Position numbers and translations under genes: made by a program
Shown here: positions 10,565-22,856 of the stretch, in pieces
Layout of the letters: each line of letters starts with the position of its first letter
Position numbering within the stretch: position 1 is the first letter of the stretch
Assembly: GCA_001275005.1 (NCBI GenBank)
Contig: JWZX01003114.1
Location: forward strand, 1-51,210
DNA: 51,210 bases
Direction of reading: 5' to 3'
From: Chrysochromulina tobinii
Lineage: Eukaryota
The notes under the pieces: generated by a model
Told to the model about the DNA's origin: nothing
Databases searched by the model: none
What the model saw: the letters and a program-made list of their open reading frames with translations, nothing else

Positions 10565-12016
10565 ATGGTGGAAACTCTGTCCTTGCGTGCCGTGGGCTCG
10601 ACCACGGGTCACCGCATCAAGCGGCCGAGTTCCTGGGCGGCGCTGCTCGAGATTGCTTCCTCACTTTTGCTGAACCACAGCAACCACAGCGCGGCGCGCT
10701 ACGTCTTCGACCGCCAGGGTGATCAAATTTCAACGCTGGATTTGGTCAAGGACGGCGAGGTTCTCTATGTGTCGGATAGCGCCGTTTGGCGCCCTGCGCC
10801 TGCGATCTCCTCTGCGCTCGGCCGACCGCTACGAAAGCGCGATCGTCTCCTTTCAGTTGCGAGCGGAGCTGTTCCGAGCACTTCTGCCGATGCCTCGTTT
10901 CCCGCCGCCGCCGCCAGCACCACGTCGTCAGCAGCTGAGCCCGCCTTCCGCCCACAGCTCTCAGCGCTTGCTCATCTGCTATTGCCCCCCGACCTGGTGA
11001 GGGCACCACTCTTGATCACTGCCGAGGAACCGCAGCGGCTGTGTGCGCACAACGGCGTGCCGTCCAAGCCGCCGTGGGGCCTTGCGGGCGACCACTCGCA
11101 GCTCGGCAGCAACGCCAACTTTACGAAGTTGCGCGGCGACGCGCGAAAGGAGGCGTTCCTGCAGCTCTGCGAACGTTTCGCGCGCCGGCTGCAGCAGCGC
11201 GCGAAGACCTCGCTCGCCGAGCGTTGGCTGCCTTCGCCCATTCCGTTTGGTGCGTCATGCGCTGTCGTCGGCTCCGGAGGGTCGCTCGCCCGCAGCGGGA
11301 GCGGTGCCGCCATCGACGCGCACGATGTTGTGATGCGCTTCAATCTGGCACCCGCCGGCGGCGCCCTGGGGATGCACGTGGGCGAGCGCACCACACTCCG
11401 CATCTTGACCGACAAGTCGTACCAGGGCTTCCTGCGGGGCGGCGCCGCGCAAATTGTCAACCGTTCCGTTTTGGCCGGCGTTGGCGTTGGCGGTGGCGGC
11501 GGCGGCGGCGGCGGTGGCAGCGGCGGCGGTGGCAGCGGTGGTGGACGCGGCGCGCGGGGCAGAGGGCAGGCCAAGGCGGTGGGTGGGCGTACGAGCGAGC
11601 CCGCCGCGACGCTACTGCTCTACTGTATGGCGCAGGGATGGGTTGGAAAATGTATGCACGAGCAGCGACTGGACCATGTCAACCCTGTCTTCGTGCGCGG
11701 GCTGCGGGCGCACCTCGACGAGCATCAGGGGCGAAGCCGGCTGCCGAGCGCAGGGCTTCTTGGCATGGCCATGGCGCTCACGTCGTGTTCAAGGGTGTCG
11801 CTCTTTGGCTTTGGGAACGCGTCTGACACGCGCAACTCCTCGTCAGATGAGTGCGGCCACTACTGGGAGTGCTCGCGCCAGCAGTCGCGCTACTTTGCGG
11901 GCAAGTCGGGCTATCATGACTGGCACGCCCAGTGGCGCCTCGTGAGCGCATGGCTTGCCCGCGCCGGCGCGGATACGCGTCTCGCGTCGGCCTTGGTCTT
12001 CCACTCACCGCCATGA
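10565..12016 (+). CDS. GT29 (sialyltransferase-like) protein with an N-terminal KHA/DCX-like domain
   Basis: Sialylmotif L SCAVVGSGGSL..SG.G..IDAHDVVMRFNLAP...VGERTT, motif S PSAGLLGMAMALTSCSRVSLFGF, motif III HYWE, VS-like HDWHAQ. N-terminal PSSWAALLEIAS...VFDRQGDQISTLDLVKDGEVLYVS. Likely ATG at 10565. Confidence 0.85.
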   Translation: MVETLSLRAVGSTTGHRIKRPSSWAALLEIASSLLLNHSNHSAARYVFDRQGDQISTLDLVKDGEVLYVSDSAVWRPAPAISSALGRPLRKRDRLLSVASGAVPSTSADASFPAAAASTTSSAAEPAFRPQLSALAHLLLPPDLVRAPLLITAEEPQRLCAHNGVPSKPPWGLAGDHSQLGSNANFTKLRGDARKEAFLQLCERFARRLQQRAKTSLAERWLPSPIPFGASCAVVGSGGSLARSGSGAAIDAHDVVMRFNLAPAGGALGMHVGERTTLRILTDKSYQGFLRGGAAQIVNRSVLAGVGVGGGGGGGGGGSGGGGSGGGRGARGRGQAKAVGGRTSEPAATLLLYCMAQGWVGKCMHEQRLDHVNPVFVRGLRAHLDEHQGRSRLPSAGLLGMAMALTSCSRVSLFGFGNASDTRNSSSDECGHYWECSRQQSRYFAGKSGYHDWHAQWRLVSAWLARAGADTRLASALVFHSPP

Positions 12017-12874
12017 TGACCAAGGCCGACATCTCGGCTTGTGGGCTGCGTACTTGCGCGTGGCATACGATAGCTGATGGCGGACATGGATTAGACATGG
12101 ATATGCTCCTCCGCGGATATGCCCCTCCGCATCCCCTCGCGCACACTGCGTCCCTCCCCGCGCCGCCCGGCGGGGGCGAGGATGAGGAGACAGGAGAGGC
12201 TCCACGCTCCACAGGCTCTCGCGGCTCGGCCTCGGGGGAATCGAGCCGCCTGCGCTGTGGGTATCGCGTCGCGCGCCCCGCGGCCCTCGAACAGGTTGGG
12301 CGCTACTGTATAGGCATTTCCCCCCCGTCATGTCGAACTGGAACAAGCCCAGCCTCGTGCCTCGAAATATTATCTGTCTTCGTGTGATAATATCGTAGCG
12401 TCGTGTACGGCGTGTGGGGCGGCTGAGCGGGACGAGACCGTGCGCGTGTGCCAGATTCCCCGGCTTATCCCCAGCCCCCCTGGGAAACAAGAGATTGAGG
12501 CCAGCGGAGGTGTCGGGACGCCGGACGCGACGGAGGTCTCGGACGGGCGAGTCGACGGGCGGAGCGCGTGCCCGTGCGAGCGACGGACGAGCGCGCCCGC
12601 GCGGCGCCGGCGCCCGGCGGCTGCGTCCCTGCGAGGGTACGATAAGTAGTCGTGTTCGCAATTCTTGTTGCTAAAATACATCACAGTGTCGCCTCTGAGA
12701 TACGCGATTCGTTGAGCCGCGTGCCAAAGCACCATAGTACTAGGCGCGCGCGCCCGCTACGCGCCCGCGGGTTCCGGCGTCGCCGGTCGCGGGGTGCACG
12801 CAACATGTAAGAAGAGACGGTCTGGTGCCCCGCAGTGCCGCATGCACGTGGCACGGCGCCGGGGTCCAGTAAGA

Positions 12875-13516
12875 TTACAATAGCACACCATCCTCAGTCG
12901 GTCCGGCGTCTTCTGGCGTAGAGAGTGCGGTCGAACCAGTCGTCGCAATGCTCTTGCTACTGGCCGCCGCGGCAGCTTCCTCTGCGGCGGCTTCTGCAGC
13001 TTCTTCTGCGGCGGCCGCGGCCTTCATTTCTGCAATTTCCTTCTTTCGGCGCTCGGCAGCCTCGGCATCTTCGCGCGTCGTGCACGTCATCGCGAACCGA
13101 GGCAGAATGGCTTCGACTAAGAGACGGCGCCGCGGGACAGTTGAGGCTGTTTCACCGTCGCCCCCCCGACACAGGTGCCCCTTCTGCAGGTCAGGATGGT
13201 GCCTCGCGAGGTTTTCGAGGGAAGCTTCGGGCATGAGGGCCACGGCAACAATGCAGCGCCAGTACAGCTCTGCAAGGCCGAATTTCTCAGGTTCAGGCAG
13301 CGCGGCACTAAGCTTAGACGTCGCATCTCCCGGAGGCACCAGCAAGAATGTGACAAACGAGGACGCCAGCGCGTCCACCAGCATGGTCTGCTCGTCCTCC
13401 GAACAGAGACTCTGCAGAGTGGCCAACTCGCCGGCGCTCAACCGCTCGATCTCGCGCGGTAGCACCTCGGCCGCGACGCTCAAAGCGAAAGCTTTGAGGT
13501 CGCTGAGGTCGTCCAT
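12875..13516 (-). CDS. Hypothetical protein
   Basis: ORF from the ATG at 13516 (MDDLSDLKAFALSV...) with protein-like composition and an EAAA-rich tail; no family recognised. Confidence 0.55.
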   Translation of the reverse strand: MDDLSDLKAFALSVAAEVLPREIERLSAGELATLQSLCSEDEQTMLVDALASSFVTFLLVPPGDATSKLSAALPEPEKFGLAELYWRCIVAVALMPEASLENLARHHPDLQKGHLCRGGDGETASTVPRRRLLVEAILPRFAMTCTTREDAEAAERRKKEIAEMKAAAAAEEAAEAAAEEAAAAASSKSIATTGSTALSTPEDAGPTEDGVLL

Positions 13517-13910
13517 TTCCGGCCTAGATCCGGCATCTCTGTGAACAGGATTCCAGAGTGCATGTTGGAAAAGTTCGCGTTTCTTTCTTGGGTGGTGACT
13601 CGCCCTCCTTTGATGGTCCTGAGTCACATGGTCCTGAGTCGTCTTGTGTACCGGTACGTTTCGCGTATCATGGGTTCAAAACTGAAACGCGATCACCGGA
13701 TAACATGTGTTTTGACACCCTCAGCGCTTTCAGCGATTTGCGAACAACTTGTACCGTCGGCGCTTGAGCAATGACCCAACACGACGCGTTTCCCCACAGT
13801 GTGCTATTTTCCCACCCTCCTTCAAGTTTTTCCCTCTCACCACTGAACTCGCTTTGAGCCGCAGCAAGGCTTTTCTGGCTACCGCCGCCATCGAGCAGCT
13901 CGCGCCCGCC

Positions 13911-15369
13911 ATGGCCGACATGGACGCCGCTGCCGCCTCAAAGCGGCCACCCCTCAACGACGTCTCCAACAAGGGGGCGATGAGCGGCGGCTACGACAAG
14001 GTGCGTCGGCGCAGGCAGCCAGCACTGGCGACCCTCTTCCTGTTGGCCGTGCGGCGCTGAGGCCTGGCGCGGCGGCCGCCTGCGCGCTGTTCCTTTGCAT
14101 GAGCAGACCCCCATCCGGAGCCGTGCGTGCGGTCCGACGGCGCGCACTTCTCTTACGCTCCTCCACTTGGCCCACCCTTGCCTGCACAGGGCTCCCGCTC
14201 TGGTGCTCATGCTGCACAGCCTGCCAACATGCGCGTGACGCGGCAGCGTGCCGCGCGAGAGCGACTTCATCAGCAGCAGCAGCAGCAGCAGGCGCAGCAG
14301 CAGCAGGTCGTCGCTCAGCAGGCGCAGTCCGCGCCAGCGAGCGACAGTGCTTGCGACATGATGGTGGAGCCCGAGTCCTTCAACCTCGATCCGCTAACCG
14401 TGCGCGACCCGCAGCTATGCCACCACTACACCAAGGAGATCTACTCCTACTTGCGCGACCTTGAGCTTGAGCACCGAGTGGCTCCGCAATTCATGCAGGT
14501 GCGCACGCCCGGAGTGCAGCTGGGTCCCCTCATCGCAGGCCGCCGCCACTAGCTTGTGCCTCCATCGTGCACGAGCGCCGCCCCACCTCGCCAACGCTCT
14601 GATAGTTCTCTGGGGCGTATCGCAGCCGCGCGGCCCTCGCTCTCATCAGCAGCCTCTCGCTCGGTGCCCGCAGAGTCAACGCGACATCAACGCGACCATG
14701 CGCGGCATACTCATCGATTGGCTCGTCGAGGTCGCCGAGGAGTACCGACTGGAATCGGAGACGCTTTATTTGGCGGTCAACTACATCGACCGGTTCCTTT
14801 CTCATGTGCCCGTCAACCGCAGCAAACTGCAGCTGGTGGGCGTCACATGCATGCTCGTGGCTTCCAAGTACGAGGAGATCCACCCGCCCGCTGTCGATGA
14901 GTTCGTGTACATCTCGGACAACACGTACAAGCGCGAGGAGATCCTGCACATGGAGGGCATGGTGCTCAACCGCCTCAACTTTGAGCTGTCTGTCGCGACG
15001 GCCAAGGTGTTCATCAACCGCTTTCTCAAGGCGGCGCGCGCAGGCGAGTGCGACTCGACCACTGAGATGCTATGCAAGTACCTGACCGAGCTCACGCTGC
15101 AGGAGTACTCGTTCGTCAAGTACCGCCCGTCGGAGGTGGCAGCAGCCGCGCTGCGCCTCGCGCTGCACACGATGCGCCTGCCCGCGTGGACGCCCCTCCT
15201 CGAGGCCACATCGGGCTACTCTGCCGAGGATCTCAACGGCTGCGTCGCCGAGGTGCTCGCTTCCTTCCGCAAGGCCGAGACCAACAACCTGCAGGCCGTG
15301 CGTGAGAAGTACTCGCACGCCAAGTTCCTCTGCGTATCCACGCTCACGCCGCCCGACCTGCCGCCGTGA
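13911..15369 (+). CDS. A-type cyclin, 3 exons (13911-14000, ~14190-14498, 14674-15369)
   Basis: Destruction box RPPLNDVSN in exon 1; DPQLCHHYTKEIYSYLR in exon 2; MRGILIDWLVEVAEEY (cyclin A signature) and KLQLVGVTCMLVASKYEEI in exon 3. GT-AG introns 14001-14189 (alternative in-frame AG at 14219) and 14499-14673 preserve frame. Confidence 0.93.
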
Positions 15370-16251
15370 GTGCCGCTGGGCGCCGTCAAGACGGCCATGC
15401 CGCAGAGGGATATCACGAGGAGCTGACCCCAGCAGCGCGAGCGCCTCGCCTCGCCACCCCTCTCGCGTGGAGCAGTTTGGAGCCGCTACACGCGCATCAC
15501 TCGAGGGGGCGGATGCGGTCGCGGCACGCGCACGTTGCGCTCGCAAGGTAGGCGTGGGAGGGGCATACACGACCAGTCTCGGGGAGAAGCACGACGGGGG
15601 AGCAGGGCGGCGCGACGTCGGCACCTGACAGCCTGACAACCACAACAGCAAGGGACCAGAGGGAGCACAGCTGATGAACGGGTAAAAGAAGAGGAGACCC
15701 AGAGTTCCTCCGTCAATAAGTCACTGCTCGGGGAGACAGGTGCGCGGGCAAGCGATCGCGAGGCGGGCTCGTTTTTTTCTGCTGTCGGAAGCGGCGCGCA
15801 CGGGCGGCGGTGCGTTTGCATTTTGTTCCAAAGCGCCGTGCGGCGCGACGTCTGTGGTAGATGTCGTCGCTTGGTGCTCAATATGATTGCTTTGATTCGT
15901 GTTTTGTGTGTAAGGTATCAAATGTTATACTGGACATATTGATGTCGTTCGGCGCGCGACTCGACGCCGCGCGGGCTGGAGCGGTTGTGGTTTGACGAGG
16001 TCCGGGGCGCGCGGGCGGTCGATCGGTCGGGGGGTTGAGGGGGTGCGTGCCGCTGGCCAAACCGACATTTTTATCACACTCAGCAGCTCCCGACGCTCCC
16101 CGACGAGCCACGTTACGTTACCGGCACTCTGAGTCTGTGTCGGTTCTTGACACCAGGACGAGCGAGTGCGCCCGTAACAGCGCGTCACATTTTCGTTGAT
16201 TGGATTCCGCACCGAGGGGGGGGGGGCAGAAACTAAAGGGCGAACCTCGCA

Positions 16252-16619
16252 ATGGCAACCACGATGCTTCGCTTTTACGTGGTGCTGACCACGGCCCGCA
16301 CCGTCGGCGCCGCGTGCATCGACACCAACGAACAGTGCCCCAGCTGGGCAGCTGTCGGAGAGTGCCAACAGAATCCAGGGTTCATGCTCGAAACGTGCCG
16401 CAAGAGTTGCAATGCGTGCGACGAAAACCCCGCGTGCTCCGACTCTAATATCGAGTGCGCCGCTTGGGCAGCTAACGGCGAGTGCGAAAAGAATCCAACG
16501 TTCATGCACGAAACGTGCCGCAAGAGTTGCAAAACATGCGACAAGCCTTCCTATCTTCAGGCAATGGGGCAACTGGGCCGAACGGCCCCAGAGCACGTGG
16601 TGCAGGAGCAACAGCAGCA

Positions 16620-16657
<38 letters not shown>

Positions 16658-18052
16658 CAAGGCCAGTGCTGCAGCCAGGACAGGAGCTCTGGGAGCTCGA
16701 AGATCTGACGCAGCCGTACCCGAATTCAGCCATGGCAGATGTCGATCTCAAAGGCCTGACCGCCTTAGCGAACCGCACGGATCATCCAATATTCGCGTGG
16801 TTTTACGCTCCTTGGTGCAAGCAGTGCAAGGTTGTTCGACCTGCCGTCGAGGCAGCAGCAAAGCGCTTCTCCGAGCCGTCTGGCAAGCCCATTACGTTCG
16901 CCAAGCTCGACTGCGTCGCCGACCTTGAAGGGAAAAAGTTCTTTGACGTGAACTCATGTGGGTGGTGCCTCCGCCGCCGTCCCTTCCCTGCCGCCCCTTG
17001 CCTGCCCTTGCCTTGCCTTCCCTCCTCTTCCCTGCCCTGCCTGCCTTCCCTCCTCGGTTTGATCCTCGCTACACGCGCACGCAGACCCTTGCTTCAAGGT
17101 GCTGCGCGGCCATCGCCAACGGTGGGTTGAGATGGGCACCAAACGTACTGCCGAAATCATCCTCGCGCGGGCGCAGAAGGAGGCCCGCGGACCTTTCGAG
17201 TGGGTGAGCACCGAGGACGAGCTCAAGGAGAAGCTCTGGCATCAGGTGCCCCCCAAATCGGATAAGTTTGACGTCATGGGCCTTGGCGAAGCCCTCGCGA
17301 TCGCGGTGCTCTCCTCAGCGGATGGCGCGGCAGCCCATGCGTATGCGGACATCGCCGCAGGCTGCTCGCAAAAGCTCTCGCAGTTCCCATGGGTGGCAAC
17401 AACCAACGCCTCGCTCGTGACTGCGGTTGGGTTGAAACCCATCCCAGTCGACCATATCGCCATCGTGAAGCTCAAGGAGGAAATCGACGCCTCCCCATTG
17501 GAGGACCAAGGGCCTGGGCACCTCGTGTCACGGCCTCTGCTGCCGCCAGGCGCGGACACACTCGATCTCGAGCAGGAGAAGGCGATGTGCAGGTGGTCTC
17601 TCGCTCATCGCTTGCCTCTACTGATCGACTACGACGAGGACCCGTACTGGGGCAAGCGCGTCGGAACGGTCCAGTTCAACAAGATGCACGCGCTACTCTT
17701 CCTGAGCCCGCCTTGGGCGCACCTCGCCGCTGTCGTTCGCGCCGCCGTCTCGCGCTTCGAGCGCGGCGATATTGTGATCATGAAATTTATGATCTCGGGT
17801 TTGCAAATGCAGGTGGACGACAAAGCTCCCGCCGCGGCCATGCTCAAAAATTATGGCGTCACAACTGTGCTCGACACGCCGCGTCTCGTCTTCCTCGACC
17901 TGCGATATCCGGTGGACAAGGAGAGTCGGCAGCGTGTCTACAAAGGCGCCATGACTGAGGATGCCATAGCCGACTTCATCAAGGGTCCACTCGAGGGCAT
18001 GCCAGATGCGCCGCTGCTCAAGGAGGTCTCAAAGCTCAAGGACGAGCTTTAA
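16252..18052 (+). CDS. ER-luminal PDI-like protein: signal peptide, 2 ShKT domains, polyQ, thioredoxin domain(s), KDEL; intron 16958-17084
   Basis: CIDTNEQCPSWAAVGECQQNPGFMLETCRKSCNAC and a second similar six-Cys unit (ShKT); FYAPWCKQCK; AKLDC. Splicing gives NSYPCFKVL. C-terminus is KLKDEL. Confidence 0.88.
16606..16655 (+). repeat. CAG/CAA microsatellite (polyQ)
   Basis: (cag)n run between the ShKT and thioredoxin domains. Confidence 0.9.
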
Positions 18053-18742
18053 GTGCCGCGATAGTTCGACTGTGGCCCTCTGTGACGCCGCAAGCAATCC
18101 AATCCGAAGCCTGGCCGCGGCGCGCATCTTCACATCTCGTGGAACAGAGCGGCCAGGGCGTAAAGTGGTGATCAGCGCTCGAAAGGAACTGCTTTTGCTA
18201 GTATGGCGCATGGCCGGGCCGGGGGGGTGCCACTCGACGGTGCAACTGACGCGAGCCAGCGGCAGCGCGGCGCGGTGCCTAATCGATCTTCACATTCCGT
18301 ATACGTTACGTATACGTGATCAGCACGTAATTTCTCAGTGTAAAGCGCGAAACAATGCCATTGATTACTTATCCAGCTTGCGCGGCTACCGTTTGATGCG
18401 ATCTTCTATGTCGACGCGGCGGCCCCCGGACGATCCGCAGTAACACGCTCGGTATCACATCGCGATCGGAGATGCTTCGCTTTCAAACAGAGCGGGTACA
18501 CACGTGTCCTATTGCTGCTTGCTGCTTGTCGCGCCCGATGTACCGTGCAGTGTTCTCGTGGCCCCCGCACGGCAGTTTCGTTTCGAGTCGTTGCGCGAGC
18601 GGCGAGGTCTCGTCGGCGCCCGTCGCGGAGGGTCGTGGCATCAATCGCATCATCAATATGTATAGTCGGACAGGCGACCTGGCATCAATCGCATCATCCG
18701 AGAGACGCATTTCAGAGCTCGGACCGGGCGATGTTGGCACAG

Positions 18743-20838
18743 TTAGCCCATCGGTTTTGATATCGTCCGCTGCATGAGCCACCTGCGTGCAGGCTGTAGC
18801 ACCTCGCTGCTGTTATGACCCGCTGTGCTGCTGCGGCTGCTGTCGCGGCTGCTGCTGCCGCCGCTCGCGCTGCCGCTACTGACGGTTTCGCTCTCTGTTG
18901 AAAGCCACGGCGTAGAATGCGTGGTTCGCAGCTCGTTGGCTGCGTGCGCCTGGCTAAGCATGAGGGCAAGGTTGGACGCTCCAAAGAGTGCCGCCGCGTG
19001 CTTGGCTGCGTGTGGGTAGGCAGCCTTGAACAGATCGAACTCTGGGTCACCGGTGAGAGCGATGCCCTCGAGGACGATCAGCGCACGCGTAATCAGGGCA
19101 AAGTACTCGGGTACCGTCTGCGAGGCAACAGGCCGATGGGCGAGCAGTCAGAAGCACGGCCCGCAGGGAGCAGTTGAAAGGGCAAAAGGTTCAGGCCATG
19201 CTGCGCACAAAGGGGAACTCAAAGAAGATCTGGTTCAGATCACGCGAGATGGATGCAAACTGTGCGCGCTTCGTCGCCATTGCCGAAAACTGCTCCAGAC
19301 GTGCGAGCCCAACGACGGAAGCGGCGCCATCAGCTGCCGTAGCTCCTTGTGTACTGCGTGCGCCCGCGAGCCTGGCGACCTCGTTCGCGGCGGCCAGCTT
19401 GCCCTGCTCGAAGACACGACGAAGCGGCGGGATGAGCGCCTCGCGATCGACGTCTTTAGGCAGGAAGCGAAGCGTGATGCCGTCGTCGATGAGTGCCTCA
19501 ACATCGCCGCGCATCAGATTGACGATCGCGGACGTGAGCTGCCGCGTATCGAATGCTTCGATCTCGGCACAAAGTCCAAAGTCGATCAAGACGAGTCGCC
19601 CTTGCTCATCCACGAGCAAATCTGCCAAACCGGGGCACACACATGCACACGTTCGAATGCAAATCTCGGGTGAAGGGCGTATGTTTGGTCATCTCTGGTT
19701 CCTCGAGCAGCGCGCGGTTCGAGCCGTCACTGCGCGTACTGCCAGGGTGTGGATCACTGTGGAAGAAGCCCACCTCCAAAAGCTGGCAGAGGAAGCAACC
19801 CACGCCCGTCGGGATCAAGCGGTTGATGACCTCTGGCGGCGACTTTGCGAGTTGTTCGCCATTGATCCATTCCGTCGCAATGACCTTGCGCGTGGTCACC
19901 GCCCAGTGGCACACGGGCACACGCACGCGGCCTCCGAGCAGGGCAGCCTTGGCGCTGCCGCTCGCAAATCGCTCGAGGTTCGCGCCTTCGTGGTTGTAGT
20001 CAAGCTCGAGGTACGAGGCGCGAGCAAACGTGTCCAGAAGCTTGACGTCAAACGGCGTGCGGTCCGCCGCGCCGAGCAGCCCGACAAGCACGCGCATCTT
20101 GAACCATTCAATCGCTTGCATGCCTTTTCGCATCAGGAAAAGGTCAAGGCTGACGGCCCGTATCATGTCGGGCCGTTGGACCTTGAGCGCAATTTCGTGC
20201 CCCCCCTCACGTAGATGGCAGCGGTACACCTGGCCCAAGCTCGCTGCGGCGATAGGCGTGCTGTCTCTGTCCAGACCGATGAAAACATCCGACACCGGCC
20301 GACCAATCTCGGCTTCGATGAGCAGAAGCGCAGCCGCAGTTGGATACGATGGAACCGAGTCGCACAGCTTCTGCAGCTCGTACACAGCAGCAGGTGGCAG
20401 CACATCGGGACGAATCGACAGCATCTGGCCAAATTTGATAAATGTTGGGCCGAGATGGACGAGCTTCTCGCGCAGCGTGCAGGCCCTTGCCGCATGGCGC
20501 TGTGCCACGTCGTCGGGAGACTCGCCACACCAGTGCGGCAGCAAGACGTCACCGATGAGCAGAATACCAATTGGCGCAAGTGCGCGCGTGATGGTGACGA
20601 GGCGCAGTGCAGCACATCTTGGGTGCGAGTTCCACACCGTCGCGATCGCCTCGGGATCGTAGGTTGACGGTAACGACGCCTCCGGGATGCTGAGATACTC
20701 ATCTGAAGCCGCAACGCTCTGGATGTATGCGCCGCCTACAAGCACGGCGGATCCGCCGAGTGCAATGCCGCGACGAGTATAGGAAAATGCGTGCGTCACG
20801 GCAGTCGTGCGTGCCGCGCCACGGGCAGCGGTCCACAT
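18743..20838 (-). CDS. ABC1/UbiB-family atypical kinase (ABC1K), introns 19622-19739 and 19118-19208
   Basis: LGPTFIKFGQMLSIRPD, PIAAASLGQVY, ALKVQRP, ELDYNHEG. Splicing restores HSDPHPG|NLL..LIDFGL and FPF|TVPEYFALITRALIVLEG. Confidence 0.92.
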
Positions 20839-21011
20839 GTCGCGAAATCGGAAGTAGCAAGGATCTTCTCAGACTGTTTTCAACGTCACTTCGTGCCGCC
20901 ACCCCCCAAAACTTCAGCACTAAGCCCGTTCACACAGTCCGAACCCCCCGGTAACGCCTCTTACACCACGAAGACCTTCGATTAAATGTAACTGCAGGTT
21001 CACAAGATCCT

Positions 21012-22553
21012 ATGCAAACGACCCGCTCATCAGTCTCGCGACAGTCGTGGCGAGCACGCAGCAAGCAGGCACCCCCATCAGCTCCCAAAGCCGACCGTCA
21101 GTGCCCGTCATGGCTCATTGGGAAGAGCGTTCAGCGGCGGCGTTGGGACGACCCAGAGGTCGAGGCGTTTCTCCAGCGGAGAGAGCCAGTCGTGCTGACA
21201 GGTGGCTGCCCGCTCGTGCAACCGCTCGTTGGAAAGTGGACTTTTGATTATTTGGCCAACACATTCGGCGAGTGCAGCTCTCTCAACGTCCACTTTGCAC
21301 CTAAAGAGACGACTTCGTTCGCGCGCATGTACGGCAAGGGCCTAGGCAAAGGTGGATGCACGCCCATGTCCTTTGCCAACTTCGCCGAGCTCTGCAAGAG
21401 CGACTACCTGGAGCCAACAGCATCGTCCGAGAAAGTTTCGCCGCCATTGCGCTACTATTTGCAGGCACCCATGATCTGGGCTGACGCTGATCGGGACGGT
21501 GCGAATCCGCATGGTCTAGCTGAGGACAGCGCAGCTCGCCCGTTGAGGAAGGCGCCATACAGCTCGACGATTGACGAGGACATGCGCCGACTCGGGTGGG
21601 ACTGGCTCGCTTACGCGCGCTCTGTGGCCGCGTGTAACCCGTTCGACACGTGTCAGATGTGGGCGGGCCACGGCGGTGGCTCGACGCCCCTTCACTTCGA
21701 CTCCATATCCAACTTTTTGGCGCAGGTGCGAGGCCGAAAGCAAGTGCTCCTCTTCTCTCCAGCGCAGACGTGGCGAGTGTACCCGTACCCGGTGGGGCAT
21801 CCGATGGACAACTTCGCCATGGTGAACGTCGAGATGCCCGACCTCAGCCGATTTCCAGCCCTGCGCCGCGCACGTGCTCTCGAGGCGATCCTCGAACCCG
21901 GGGACGTGCTGTGGCTGCCCCGCTACTGGTGGCATTATGTGCACCAGCTGGACGCTCCGAGCGAAAATATCTCGCTCAACTTTTGGTGCGGCCGAAAGGG
22001 CACTGATAGGTTCATGCAGAACCTGCGCACGGCGCCGGCGCCATCTGCCGAGGAGGTGGCAGTGGCGAGTTCCGAGGCAGCGGCTACTGCTGAGGCCATG
22101 GGCAGACACGAGAGCGAGCGCGAGCGCGTGGAGGCGGCGGACGACGCACTGCTTGAGGCTGATGCTGATCTCGCCTTCTCGTGCCTTCACGCGGGCCGCA
22201 TCATCGAGTCGGCAGCAGTCAGACTCCTGGGCGACGACAAGTCCAAGGGCTACTTGTTCCTCTCAGCGATCGCTGCCGGCGCAGATGCGCGCTGGCCGCC
22301 GAATGCGACAGCTGCGATCAGCAACGCGCGGCGGATCCGCTCGGAGCTGATCGGTCTCTTGGGTAGTAGCGTGGCAGCCAACGCGTTGCTGCGCATGATT
22401 GCACGCGACGGCCGCCTTTCGCCCGGGCTTGCACCGCCCATTGAGGGCGACATCGTGAACACGGAAAAGGGCGTCATGACGCCCGACGAGGAGGTTACAC
22501 GGTGGTTTGCCCGGCGCGGTGCCCAGGGTGCCATAGTAGTTTGTACGTGTTAA
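21012..22553 (+). CDS. JmjC/cupin-8 Fe(II)/2OG hydroxylase, FIH-like
   Basis: REPVVLTG, TPLHFDSISNFLAQVRGRKQVLLF (HxD), LEPGDVLWLPRYWWHYV, NISLNFW. Confidence 0.88.
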   Translation: MQTTRSSVSRQSWRARSKQAPPSAPKADRQCPSWLIGKSVQRRRWDDPEVEAFLQRREPVVLTGGCPLVQPLVGKWTFDYLANTFGECSSLNVHFAPKETTSFARMYGKGLGKGGCTPMSFANFAELCKSDYLEPTASSEKVSPPLRYYLQAPMIWADADRDGANPHGLAEDSAARPLRKAPYSSTIDEDMRRLGWDWLAYARSVAACNPFDTCQMWAGHGGGSTPLHFDSISNFLAQVRGRKQVLLFSPAQTWRVYPYPVGHPMDNFAMVNVEMPDLSRFPALRRARALEAILEPGDVLWLPRYWWHYVHQLDAPSENISLNFWCGRKGTDRFMQNLRTAPAPSAEEVAVASSEAAATAEAMGRHESERERVEAADDALLEADADLAFSCLHAGRIIESAAVRLLGDDKSKGYLFLSAIAAGADARWPPNATAAISNARRIRSELIGLLGSSVAANALLRMIARDGRLSPGLAPPIEGDIVNTEKGVMTPDEEVTRWFARRGAQGAIVVCTC

Positions 22554-22856
22554 GAATGTCACCAAAAGAAGCGTCTAGGTGTGACACCTGACGCACAACC
22601 CGACCGGGACGGGCACATGACCTTCAAAGTCTCCTCTCACGATGTGGTGTGCGTGTGTGCGTGTGTGTGAGTCTCGTCGATGAGTCTCGAGGGCTCACGC
22701 GTATACGTATAGGAGTCGTTTGGCACATCGTCGCGTGGACGAGTCGGGTCGTCCCGTCAGCTCGGTTGCCTGCCTGCCTTCGCGGTGGCTGTGCTGCTTG
22801 CCGTGCAGCGAAAAAAGGCAAGGCAAGTTGCGCTACTCCATGCCCATGCAAGGTGT

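Noticed and set aside
12020..12870. Short ORFs or a possible small element in the GT29 downstream intergenic region
   Set aside because: No convincing TIR/TSD pair or protein motif was found.
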